Shown here: piece after piece, positions 56,269 through 64,000 of the stretch | How the letters are laid out: the number at the start of each line of letters is the position of its first letter | Numbering within the stretch: position 1 is the stretch's first letter | Translations under genes and position numbers: made by a program | Virus record (IMG/VR): IMGVR_UViG_3300036770_007539 | Coordinates: 186,001 to 250,000 of that record | DNA: 64,000 bases | Strand: one strand, 5' to 3' | The notes under the pieces: model-generated | Told to the model about the DNA's origin: nothing | Databases searched by the model: none | What the model saw: the letters and a program-made list of their open reading frames with translations, nothing else

Positions 56269-56942
56269 AATATTTTCCTTTTTAATTTTTTACAAAGTCT
56301 ATAAATTCCTATTTCAGTTTTGGCGTCCGTTAAATAACCAGAGAGAATATGATTCAAAGCATCTTCTATTGATATTTTAAATGTTTGAGTATGTTTTTCT
56401 AATGGATGACCGTCACCAATAACTGGAACTTTATTTTCATTTTTTATCTCTATATCTAAAAAGAATAGCCTTTCCCCACCTGTACCTGAGAAAACTCTTT
56501 TTCCGAGAAATGACATTTCATCGGGATTTACAACCAAGCCTGTTTCTTCTTTTAATTCTCTGGCAGCTGCCATCTTATAGCCTTTTACCAGTTGTTTAGA
56601 TTCTTCTGGCTCCACAGCTCCTGCTGGCAATTCCCAAGTATTTCCAATTCCTACTTCTTCTGGAAAAGCCAAGTAATCTCCCGAACAAAAATCTTTTGTG
56701 GGTCGAAAGCAGCTTGTTAAATAAATGTGAGGTTCAGTCTCCAAGCTATAAGGTACAATAACTACTGCATCTAGAAACTTATTAAGTGCAAGGTCTAGCT
56801 CAAACTCCTCTGATACTTCTTGCGGATCTGTGTCGTATCGAATTACACCTTTTGTTTTCCAGATTTCATGCCATCCAGAATGAATAATTTTATAATCACT
56901 TAATTCTAATTTATGTTGTATGTGTGGTAATTTACAAGTCAT
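56265..56942 (-). CDS. NUDIX hydrolase (ADP-ribose pyrophosphatase-like)
   Basis: WELPAGAVE...AAARELKEETGL Nudix box with a short insertion; DAKT. Confidence 0.85.
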   Translation of the reverse strand: MTCKLPHIQHKLELSDYKIIHSGWHEIWKTKGVIRYDTDPQEVSEEFELDLALNKFLDAVVIVPYSLETEPHIYLTSCFRPTKDFCSGDYLAFPEEVGIGNTWELPAGAVEPEESKQLVKGYKMAAARELKEETGLVVNPDEMSFLGKRVFSGTGGERLFFLDIEIKNENKVPVIGDGHPLEKHTQTFKISIEDALNHILSGYLTDAKTEIGIYRLCKKLKRKIF

Positions 56943-57766
56943 TTTTGTATCTCCGGGCACCACCAAGTGGTTCTTTTGTCCAATGTTTCTTCTTTGAGAA
57001 TTTTCATATTATCGATTTGATTTTTACCATAAACTTTCAGGAAATTTTCAAAACCACCTTCTGCACCATTTGCATCTTTATAAGTCATTAAAGAAGCTCC
57101 CTGGAGATTATAACTTTCTTTTAAAACATTTTCAATAGATTCTTTTAAAAGTTCTAGTTCATTATCAGATAGAGATAAGCCCGTTCGATGAGGGCTTAAT
57201 TTTGCTCTGAACAAAGCTTCAGCTTTGACATAATTTCCAACCCCAGAAATATTCTTTTGATTCATCAAAATTTCTGGCAAAGTTTTGTCTTGTTTGATTT
57301 TCTTGTTAAAATCTTCTTGAGATGGAGGCGAATTTAACATGTCAGGTCCAATGGAGTTTAATTTTTCTTGCAATTCTTTTTCAGTCACTCGTTTAATTGT
57401 TCCGAAGTGCCTAGTATCATTAAAATAAATAATTTCTCGAATATTTATTCCTGGTTCAAAAGGCAATGATAAATGAATTCCAACTCCACTGTGTTTGCTT
57501 GGATTAAACTGCCAAGCCCCGCTCATTCCTAGAGTAGAAATCAGGTTAGTCGAATCAGATAATTTCCAATATATAAACTTGCCCTTACAATTAATCGCTT
57601 TAATAATTGGATATTGGCAATTGTTTAATTCTTCTTGAAATTTTGATAAAGAAATATCGGGTTTAGTTTTGAATCTGCCTCCGATTAGATCTAGTTTAAT
57701 TATTTTTGAATTTTCGATCTTTTTAATTTGATCGACAATAGTTCTTACTTCAGCGCCTTCAGGCAT
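56939..57766 (-). CDS. Fpg/Nei family DNA glycosylase
   Basis: N-terminal MPEG, KGK, LGMSG, D.RHFG, H2TH SGVGNY..E.LF, C-terminal RTTWWCP..Q. Confidence 0.92.
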   Translation of the reverse strand: MPEGAEVRTIVDQIKKIENSKIIKLDLIGGRFKTKPDISLSKFQEELNNCQYPIIKAINCKGKFIYWKLSDSTNLISTLGMSGAWQFNPSKHSGVGIHLSLPFEPGINIREIIYFNDTRHFGTIKRVTEKELQEKLNSIGPDMLNSPPSQEDFNKKIKQDKTLPEILMNQKNISGVGNYVKAEALFRAKLSPHRTGLSLSDNELELLKESIENVLKESYNLQGASLMTYKDANGAEGGFENFLKVYGKNQIDNMKILKEETLDKRTTWWCPEIQK

Positions 57767-57789
57767 TGCATATCTTCCTTTAATTCAAA

Positions 57790-58089
57790 TCAAGAAATGT
57801 TATTAATTTTTTTCTTATTTTGTAAAAATGTAAGAGATTCAAGATCGTCTGTTTTGTTTAATACTTTTTTCTGTTGCTCTCTTAATGCAACTTCAATTTC
57901 GCAGCTAATTAATTTAGGATACAAATCCAATACGTCTTGGGCATTAAAATTCCCTGGACCCATTAAATCTTCCAAAATGACTTTGCAAGTTTTCAATGTT
58001 TCATAGCAAAGAGAGGCGCCTTCTTTTGCATAAATTAAGTAATCGGTCTTCTTTTCTAATTCAACTAATCTATCTTTAAATGACGACAT
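57790..58089 (-). CDS. Hypothetical protein
   Basis: AGGAG RBS. Confidence 0.6.
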   Translation of the reverse strand: MSSFKDRLVELEKKTDYLIYAKEGASLCYETLKTCKVILEDLMGPGNFNAQDVLDLYPKLISCEIEVALREQQKKVLNKTDDLESLTFLQNKKKINNIS

Positions 58090-58097
58090 AATTCTCC

Positions 58098-58313
58098 TTA
58101 ACTGTTTTTACATGACCAACATTTGAAATGTGGTTTAAGTTCCGCATAAGGATAAAACTCAAAACAACTTTGACAAGTCGCCCCTGTAACTTGGCAAGTA
58201 TCAAATACAGGCAATTTAACAGAAAAATCAAACTCTAATTGTTGATTAGAGTTTTGATTTTTAAGTTTATTAATCATTTTTTCTTGTAAAATTTCTATAT
58301 CTTTATCAATCAT
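58098..58313 (-). CDS. Small Cys-rich (CxxC...CxxC) protein
   Basis: CQSC...CWSC. Confidence 0.6.
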   Translation of the reverse strand: MIDKDIEILQEKMINKLKNQNSNQQLEFDFSVKLPVFDTCQVTGATCQSCFEFYPYAELKPHFKCWSCKNS

Positions 58314-58758
58314 TTTTTCTCTTTTTATATGAATAAGTGTCTCCGCTTATATGATTTGAAACTTCTATATATTTTACATCTGTTACAGCCGAAATGCTGT
58401 AAATTGTTTCAGGATATATTTCATAAGCGTCGTCTGGGAGTAATTTTATAGTATGCGATGAATTGCCTTTTTCTACAAAAAGATCCATTCTACCTGAGAT
58501 TATGAAAAAAGTTTTTATGGTATTTTTATGAAACTTTTTAGTTAAAATAGTTCTTCTTTTCAAGAAGATATTTTTAGCTATATATAATCTATTGTTTGTC
58601 CAGCGGCTTTCTTCGCCCCACAAGAACTTTTCTTTTTTTATTGAAATTTTTTTTGTTATTATTTTGTTTTGGTTCAAATAATGAACATATATCTTTACAA
58701 GATAAAGATAGCTAAAAATTCCAAATAAAAAAAAAAAAATACCACTCAGCCCAGCCAA
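58306..58758 (-). CDS. Membrane-anchored cupin (mannose-6-P-isomerase C-terminal-like), degenerate metal site; 5' end crosses a T13 tract
   Basis: WG.E...Y..K.I...FH....T...SG...EVS cupin pattern; N-terminal hydrophobic segment. Confidence 0.65.
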   Translation of the reverse strand: MAGLSGIFFFLFGIFSYLYLVKIYVHYLNQNKIITKKISIKKEKFLWGEESRWTNNRLYIAKNIFLKRRTILTKKFHKNTIKTFFIISGRMDLFVEKGNSSHTIKLLPDDAYEIYPETIYSISAVTDVKYIEVSNHISGDTYSYKKRKND

Positions 58759-58785
58759 ATCCGCTCATAACAATATACTTAAAAT

Positions 58786-59079
58786 TTAGTTAATATCTTC
58801 TTTAACTGAATTATCTTTTAAAAGTTTTTCAACATAAATTCCGGCAGAATCAATCATTTCTGATAATTTATTTTTGTATTTGTATTTTTTTTCTAGTTCT
58901 TTTATTGCTTCTCTACACCAGAAATCATTGTGAGCTAAAATCATCAATTCTTCCGAAGAGAGCTTTCTCTTAGATTTATTTTCAAAATAAGCTCTAATAT
59001 GGTTCGAAAGTTTCTCTGTTTGCTCTGCACAATCATCTTCTTCTTTGACTAAATATTTAAATTCAGAACTGTTAAACAT
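58786..59079 (-). CDS. Hypothetical protein
   Basis: AAGGAG RBS and upstream sigma70-like promoter. Confidence 0.65.
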   Translation of the reverse strand: MFNSSEFKYLVKEEDDCAEQTEKLSNHIRAYFENKSKRKLSSEELMILAHNDFWCREAIKELEKKYKYKNKLSEMIDSAGIYVEKLLKDNSVKEDIN

Positions 59080-59108
59080 ATGCTCTCCTTCTTGGCAAAG
59101 TTTGTTTA

Positions 59109-59136
59109 ATTATCAGGCGTGAATTGTTTTTGTCAA
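59109..59136 (-). promoter_or_regulatory. Sigma70-like promoter
   Basis: Minus strand TTGACA-N16-GATAAT about 30 nt upstream of the ATG at 59079. Confidence 0.6.
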
Positions 59137-59151
59137 GTTGTTATTTTTGAT

Positions 59152-59334
59152 TTAAGTGAATTCTTTAACCAATTCCATTGCTATTTGGCAAAATTTTTCC
59201 ATAGAATCTTCTAATTTTTCGCCAGAAGATTCTAAAAAAATTTTACCGTAACTTCCACAAACAACAAATTTATTATTTTTTTTAGTAAACTTTAACTTAA
59301 AACCTTTTTGTTTTAATTCAAAATATTTTTCCAT
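59152..59334 (-). CDS. Hypothetical protein
   Basis: Likely start MEKYF at 59334, which avoids overlap with the upstream gene. Confidence 0.5.
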   Translation of the reverse strand: MEKYFELKQKGFKLKFTKKNNKFVVCGSYGKIFLESSGEKLEDSMEKFCQIAMELVKEFT

Positions 59335-59350
59335 TTTTTCCGAAAAAGCA

Positions 59351-59578
59351 TCAGGTAAATTCTTTCCAAGAAATTGACCCAACGAACGAGTCGGTGCCAC
59401 CGCCAAATTTTTGTACTGCAAGCACTAACTGGTCGGATATTTCAACTGCTCCAGTTCCTTCATTAATAAATAATAAAGATTCATTATCGATAATGTTTAT
59501 TAAAATGTCCGGTTGTACCGAAAAAGAATTAGAAGAAACTAAAACCTTTTCAAAAAAGAATCTATCTCTTCGGCTCAT
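59351..59578 (-). CDS. Hypothetical protein
   Basis: AAGG RBS and upstream GATATA motif. Confidence 0.55.
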   Translation of the reverse strand: MSRRDRFFFEKVLVSSNSFSVQPDILINIIDNESLLFINEGTGAVEISDQLVLAVQKFGGGTDSFVGSISWKEFT

Positions 59579-59603
59579 AAAACCTTTATAATAAAATTAT
59601 ATC

Positions 59604-60047
59604 TCACTGTTGAAACCAGCGATAAGTAACTCCCAGCATCACATTGCTGGCGCCTGTATTTTCATAAGTTATTTTAATGCATACCCCTTCTGGAATAATT
59701 AAAACGGCAGAAGTGGTAATTTCGTGCAAATGATCCCAAGGCGCAATGTATAAATCTTCAACATACTCGCCTACTATACTGTCAAGCCCTCTTCCTAAAA
59801 CGTTATTTTTATCCACAATTGATAGAGAAAATTTATCTCCTAAATTTGGAGTTTTGACCCAATAACATAATCCTTGGAGTCGAACAGAAGAGCTAATCAT
59901 CTTTTCATGTATTGAAGTTCCTGGCGTACACGTATATAGTTCACCAATAAATCTTGGGTTAATTTCGGTGTAAGCATAAGGAGATTGTGCAATAATTGGA
60001 GTTCCATCACTGGTTTTTGGATTTCCCCCTGAAATAAATCCACTCAT
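59604..60047 (-). CDS. Putative virion protein (beta-rich)
   Basis: Last gene of the structural-type array; AAGGAG RBS. Confidence 0.55.
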   Translation of the reverse strand: MSGFISGGNPKTSDGTPIIAQSPYAYTEINPRFIGELYTCTPGTSIHEKMISSSVRLQGLCYWVKTPNLGDKFSLSIVDKNNVLGRGLDSIVGEYVEDLYIAPWDHLHEITTSAVLIIPEGVCIKITYENTGASNVMLGVTYRWFQQ

Positions 60048-60673
60048 ACTGACTCCTTATATCCGCGAGCAATGCATCGAAAAGTATTTATAGAAGTTAA
60101 ATTATCTCTAATAGTAATCTTTAAAGAATCGCTTCCTCCAGAGGTAAGAACTACAGGCTTGTCAAAATTAATGTCAAAATGAATATAGTCTTCTGTAGAA
60201 CTCACTGAGTTAATTAAGTTTGTGAAAGAGTCTGCATATTTCAAAAAATCACCTAAAAATCTAATAGGCTCATTTGAAATGTCTACTGTTTCTCCGGATT
60301 GAACAGTTTGTATAAGAATTCCATTAGTTAATGGCGTTCCGCCGCCTGTAGCGGTTCCAAATCTTCGAAAATCAGCAGTGTTTATTTCTAAGCTGGCATC
60401 TTCTAAAAATATTCTGATTCCATTAATCCATTGAGTAAATCCCGGAATAGAAACAATATTAAAAGTCACATTAGTTACCGATCCGTTAACATTCATATCA
60501 GGCGAAATGCCGTTTACTAAATATTCTCTTAGCTGTCTTAAATTGGACAAATCAGGCGATGGAACTCCTTTAGAAGTTTCTGGCAACAACTGCACTCTAA
60601 GAGCATTGTTTTCAGTTACTGCAACTGCTCTATTGGTTCCAGTTCCATCAATAATTACTGATTTTAAGCTCAT
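60044..60673 (-). CDS. Putative virion protein, IxDGxG N-terminal family
   Basis: IIDGTGTNRAVAVTENNALRV N-terminus; Gly/Thr/Ser-rich. Confidence 0.6.
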   Translation of the reverse strand: MSLKSVIIDGTGTNRAVAVTENNALRVQLLPETSKGVPSPDLSNLRQLREYLVNGISPDMNVNGSVTNVTFNIVSIPGFTQWINGIRIFLEDASLEINTADFRRFGTATGGGTPLTNGILIQTVQSGETVDISNEPIRFLGDFLKYADSFTNLINSVSSTEDYIHFDINFDKPVVLTSGGSDSLKITIRDNLTSINTFRCIARGYKESV

Positions 60674-60682
60674 AAATTAACC

Positions 60683-61270
60683 TCATGCAAAATACGCACA
60701 AATTAAATTCAAAGATACGTCTGCATTGGCTCCAACAGGTGTAAAAGTTACGGCAATTGTATCAGAAGTTCCTAAAACCAAAGCGCCTTGAAGAACTAGT
60801 TCATTAAAGCCAGCTGAAACATAGCCCAAAGATATTTCATTTCCTGCAGAAGATCCTACTGTTTGACCTGATGCATTTGCCCTATAAGCAACCCCAGAGA
60901 ATCCCTTGCTGCTAGGAACATATAACTGTATTGGAGTTACAGCCGTTCCGCCAGATAATACTGTTCCGCCAGTAGTTTTTCTCCAAAGTTTCCAAACGCC
61001 CGCCGTAGTGCTACCAGCTGAAATTCCACCAACCGATAGCGGAAACAAGCCGTCATTTCTAACCCACAAAACTCCAGATTCTGTACCGGCTACCAAGCCA
61101 GTAATAAGACCTGTAGCAGAGTTTACAGCGGTATTTATTGTAAAAGCATCCTGTCTTTCTGCTGATGCCAATGCAATTGAGGGGATTGATTCTGCTTGTA
61201 CTTTTAATTTGTTTTTCGAAGTAACTGCAGCTAAATACCCTTGACCCGTTCCATCTTCAATTTTTGACAT
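60683..61270 (-). CDS. Putative virion protein, IxDGxG N-terminal family
   Basis: IEDGTGQGYLAAVTSKNKLKV N-terminus. Confidence 0.6.
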   Translation of the reverse strand: MSKIEDGTGQGYLAAVTSKNKLKVQAESIPSIALASAERQDAFTINTAVNSATGLITGLVAGTESGVLWVRNDGLFPLSVGGISAGSTTAGVWKLWRKTTGGTVLSGGTAVTPIQLYVPSSKGFSGVAYRANASGQTVGSSAGNEISLGYVSAGFNELVLQGALVLGTSDTIAVTFTPVGANADVSLNLICAYFA

Positions 61271-61284
61271 ATTAATCCCTTGAT

Positions 61285-61869
61285 TTAAGCCACATTAACA
61301 TAACCGGAAAAACCGGTATATGCATTAATTGTTTGAGCGCCATTAGCTGTGATAGTTACTAATAGGCTTTGTCCTCTTGGAATAGTTAGGTCTACTTCGC
61401 CAAATACTCTTGTTGAGGCTGTTTGAGTTTGAAATAATAGTGGTGAAGAAGGCGGCGTTGCAAGCAAAGGCGTACCAGAATCTTGCTTCTTTGCATCAAA
61501 TGCAAAAGATCTTCCTTCTCCAATTCGTCTGTTTTGAGGTGTAATGGCGACTCCCCCTGATACAGCGCTTGGATTTGCCCAAACTTTTAATAAAGCATTT
61601 TCAGTAGGTGCTCCACCAGCCACTCCAAGACCAATAAACCAGGCAGATATAAGAACATCATATGGCTCATTGTTTTTAAAATAAAATAATGGAGTTTGGG
61701 TTCCAATAGTAATAGATACAAATTCTGTATTTAAATTAAAACCTAAGCCTTTAGCGCTTGCTTCTTCAAAAGTGGTTTGATTAACCGCTGAAGTAACTAA
61801 TCTATTGTTATTATCAACGGAAGCCAGAAATCCTCTGCCTTTTCCGTCTTGAATAAAACTATTATTCAT
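61285..61869 (-). CDS. Putative virion protein, IxDGxG N-terminal family
   Basis: IQDGKGRGFLASVDNNNRLVT N-terminus. Confidence 0.6.
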   Translation of the reverse strand: MNNSFIQDGKGRGFLASVDNNNRLVTSAVNQTTFEEASAKGLGFNLNTEFVSITIGTQTPLFYFKNNEPYDVLISAWFIGLGVAGGAPTENALLKVWANPSAVSGGVAITPQNRRIGEGRSFAFDAKKQDSGTPLLATPPSSPLLFQTQTASTRVFGEVDLTIPRGQSLLVTITANGAQTINAYTGFSGYVNVA

Positions 61870-62387
61870 AATGGGTCCTTTTCACCTGTAATTGATTCGA
61901 GCTGTCTACGTATTAATGTTAATTCAGATAGCATTTGACTCATTAACATTGTTAATTGCCTGGATTCTACCGATAAAGAATTGGTATTATTTATCTCGGC
62001 AGAAGATAATTTTGCACCACTTCCATCTGAAATTTTTACATTCAAAGTTTCTGGAAATTTTTTTCTAAAAATAGAAGCTGTTACTCCAGCGACAGATGTT
62101 CCTGATAATGCCCAGTGAACTTTTACCGTTGGACTTTTGTTTAAATTTAAAATAATTACCTGAGCCACAGGCTCATTAATTGTAACAGATGATATTGCCT
62201 CTCCTATGAGAGTATTTTCATCTGCTGGATCGACTTCAGATAAACTAAATGTTATAGAAGACCCTGAAGTTACTGGACCTGCAATATTATATACCAATCC
62301 TACTTCTGAGAATGAACCGGCTCTAAAAATAAAAGAACCATCAGAAGTAATGGTTTGATTATTTAATACAATTTCTGCGTCGCTCAT
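61866..62387 (-). CDS. Putative virion protein (beta-sandwich + C-terminal helix)
   Basis: GGAG RBS before ATG at 62387; C-terminal LSELTLIRRQLESITGE helix. Confidence 0.55.
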   Translation of the reverse strand: MSDAEIVLNNQTITSDGSFIFRAGSFSEVGLVYNIAGPVTSGSSITFSLSEVDPADENTLIGEAISSVTINEPVAQVIILNLNKSPTVKVHWALSGTSVAGVTASIFRKKFPETLNVKISDGSGAKLSSAEINNTNSLSVESRQLTMLMSQMLSELTLIRRQLESITGEKDPL

Positions 62388-64000
62388 CTTATCTCCGACC
62401 AAGTTAAATCAGCTTCGACATTGGTTCTGCCCACTGCCTCATTAACAGCTACAACAGTTAACGTATCAGCAACATTTGTTCCAGTTCCAGAAAAACCAGC
62501 AGTTCTGATGATTCTGCCTTGAATATTAAAGAATTTAGAAATATCTATGTCTTGATGTCCTGAGTCTTCGGGTATAAACCCATGATAAATTAATTCCCCT
62601 CCAGAATAAGAAGTTGCTGATTCATCGTACTCGACACCAGATTTAGAATTAACAGAATTCCAACTGCTGCCCGTTAAAGTTGCACCATAAATTAATTTAA
62701 AAGATATTTTATATCCTTCCGTGCTAGCAGATAATAACTTTGGAAGAATCAACATTCTATTTGTGACTCCATTAAATGTAGCCTTGGGTCGAATTGATAA
62801 TACGGGAATTTCTGTTAAACCAACTAATTTTGGAACACTAGAATCAATAGCATGGATCCATTCAAAAGGTTCTTGCTGTTGCCCTTGAGCAGCTACACGA
62901 GCACAAATTAATTTTACAGATCCTGCTGATGAAGCTGCCGTATTAGTAACTCGAACTTGAATTGGTAATGTGGCGGTCTTCATGTATGGAGCCGTTAAAG
63001 TGTTGGCATGTTTTACTTCATGAACTAAAACTCCATCAACTGAATATCTTGTTGTTCCAACCCCAAACCATTGAAGTTCTATTTGGAAAATATTTCCCTT
63101 ACTTAAATCCAATGTTATTCCGCTAGGACCGCTACCATTCAAAGGATCAATATTCCAGGCGCTTTGATTATAAGTGGTTTCTACCGGAGCGCCTGAAGTA
63201 CTGCTTCTTTCTACAATGGAAAAAGTTGTGCCTGATAATCTGAAAAATAACCCATCTTGATCATCAAAGTAGCCCCACTCCCTAACTTGATTAACTTGCC
63301 CGGTATCCGAATTAATAATAGACATATCAACTAATTGAGTATAGCTTGATTGATACTTGTAATATGTATTGGTTCTTATTTCAGAAGTGGAACCTGATGC
63401 ACTTGTGACTTCAACTTTTATAGCCGACTCTGCAGCTTCGTGAGTGGCAGCGCCTCCAGTAGAAGTTTTAATATCCCAATAACGAGAATCTAATTCATAT
63501 TTGCTAGTTAAATCCGCAAATGTGTATAATTGTGCAACTTTTAATTCTTGTGATAAAGTGGCTTTGACTGGAGTGTTATTAGAGTCAAATAATTGAATCG
63601 GCTGTTTGGTCGTTCCAGTAGGATCGACCCTTAAAGGATTGCTTGAAGTTCCTGTTTCAACAGAGCCTCCAGATGCACTGGCTCTAAGCATGCTGCCAAT
63701 AACATATTCATTTCCAACACCAGTATTTGCATCAAAGACTCTGGCGCTTTGCATGTTGGAGCCATCATTGAATCCTGAAGCAGTTCCATTTTCAGGAAAT
63801 GGAAAATCGAAAGGATCGGTTGATGTGTAACCATCGCCACTGCCGCCGCCACCAGTGGATTGAGCAAAGTTATATATTGACGCATCATTTTGAATAAGGA
63901 TAGTGGCTGATACACCAGCTACTAGTCTAAACCAAATTTTATTAATGTTTGAATAATTAACTAATAAACTCTTGATTCCTAAAGTAGAATTTAATTCACC
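62384..64000 (-). CDS. Putative virion protein with lectin-like beta-sandwich; 5'-truncated by window edge
   Basis: Frame stays open to nt 64000 (hand translation ...AQSTGGGGSGDGYTSTDPF...NMQSARVF); WGYFDDQDGLFF and QWFGVG motifs. Confidence 0.65.
   Translation of the reverse strand, partial: GELNSTLGIKSLLVNYSNINKIWFRLVAGVSATILIQNDASIYNFAQSTGGGGSGDGYTSTDPFDFPFPENGTASGFNDGSNMQSARVFDANTGVGNEYVIGSMLRASASGGSVETGTSSNPLRVDPTGTTKQPIQLFDSNNTPVKATLSQELKVAQLYTFADLTSKYELDSRYWDIKTSTGGAATHEAAESAIKVEVTSASGSTSEIRTNTYYKYQSSYTQLVDMSIINSDTGQVNQVREWGYFDDQDGLFFRLSGTTFSIVERSSTSGAPVETTYNQSAWNIDPLNGSGPSGITLDLSKGNIFQIELQWFGVGTTRYSVDGVLVHEVKHANTLTAPYMKTATLPIQVRVTNTAASSAGSVKLICARVAAQGQQQEPFEWIHAIDSSVPKLVGLTEIPVLSIRPKATFNGVTNRMLILPKLLSASTEGYKISFKLIYGATLTGSSWNSVNSKSGVEYDESATSYSGGELIYHGFIPEDSGHQDIDISKFFNIQGRIIRTAGFSGTGTNVADTLTVVAVNEAVGRTNVEADLTWSEIR

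Noticed and set aside
1324-63915. Short antisense or alternate-frame ORFs in the track (e.g. 1324-1512, 16377-16619, 29151-29399, 34917-35291, 60906-61244, 63631-63915)
   Set aside because: Nested in well-supported genes with no recognisable motifs; treated as shadow ORFs
1-64000. Eukaryotic giant virus (NCLDV) origin, suggested by glycan genes, AT-richness and zinc-less Nei
   Set aside because: Shine-Dalgarno sites, overlapping operons, sigma factor, DnaB/DnaC and peptidoglycan hydrolases point to a bacterial host
1-64000. Bacterial chromosome with an O-antigen locus
   Set aside because: No ribosomal, envelope-export or central metabolic genes in 64 kb; phage-type gene mix. A megaplasmid or prophage cannot be fully excluded because no capsid or terminase gene is in the window
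1-64000. Stop-codon reassignment as in some huge phages
   Set aside because: Conserved genes are full length in code 11, and TAA, TGA and TAG all end genes at sensible positions
1-64000. tRNA, rRNA or CRISPR arrays
   Set aside because: Intergenic gaps are short (under ~140 nt) and I saw no cloverleaf or repeat-spacer pattern; a covariance search was not possible

Overview
AT-rich, gene-dense segment that reads as part of a very large (jumbo/huge) bacteriophage genome using the standard genetic code. Support: Shine-Dalgarno sites, ATGA-overlapped operons, a sigma-70-like factor, DnaB/DnaC/UvsW-like helicases, a T4-RNaseH-like nuclease, class Ia RNR, DHFR, three peptidoglycan hydrolases and many virion-like proteins, with no ribosomal or other core cellular genes. 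Layout: (1) 3' end of a dockerin-containing, DGY-rich structural-type gene. (2) A ~16.6 kb soluble glycan-synthesis locus (GT4, three GT2s, GT2-GT6 fusion, GT11 fucosyltransferase, two pyruvyltransferases, three methyltransferases, GalE-like, Gmd, RmlB). (3) Tubulin/FtsZ-family GTPase followed by a replication/transcription/RNR block. (4) Fibre-like structural genes including a 1309-aa Gly-rich repeat protein. (5) Nucleotide metabolism, exonuclease and macrodomain genes. (6) After a strand switch at ~49.9 kb: lysis enzymes, DNA repair genes, RmlA and a tandem array of related structural genes. The most notable signals are an ABO-blood-group-like GT11/GT6 pair in a locus with no flippase or polymerase (candidate virion glycosylation system), several apparently catalytically dead enzyme homologues (MetAP, NadE, cupin), an Hfq/Sm-like gene in the replication module, a recurring GATATA upstream motif and a palindrome shared by the nrdB and guaB-like upstream regions. 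All family calls are from motif recognition by eye; no database searches were run.
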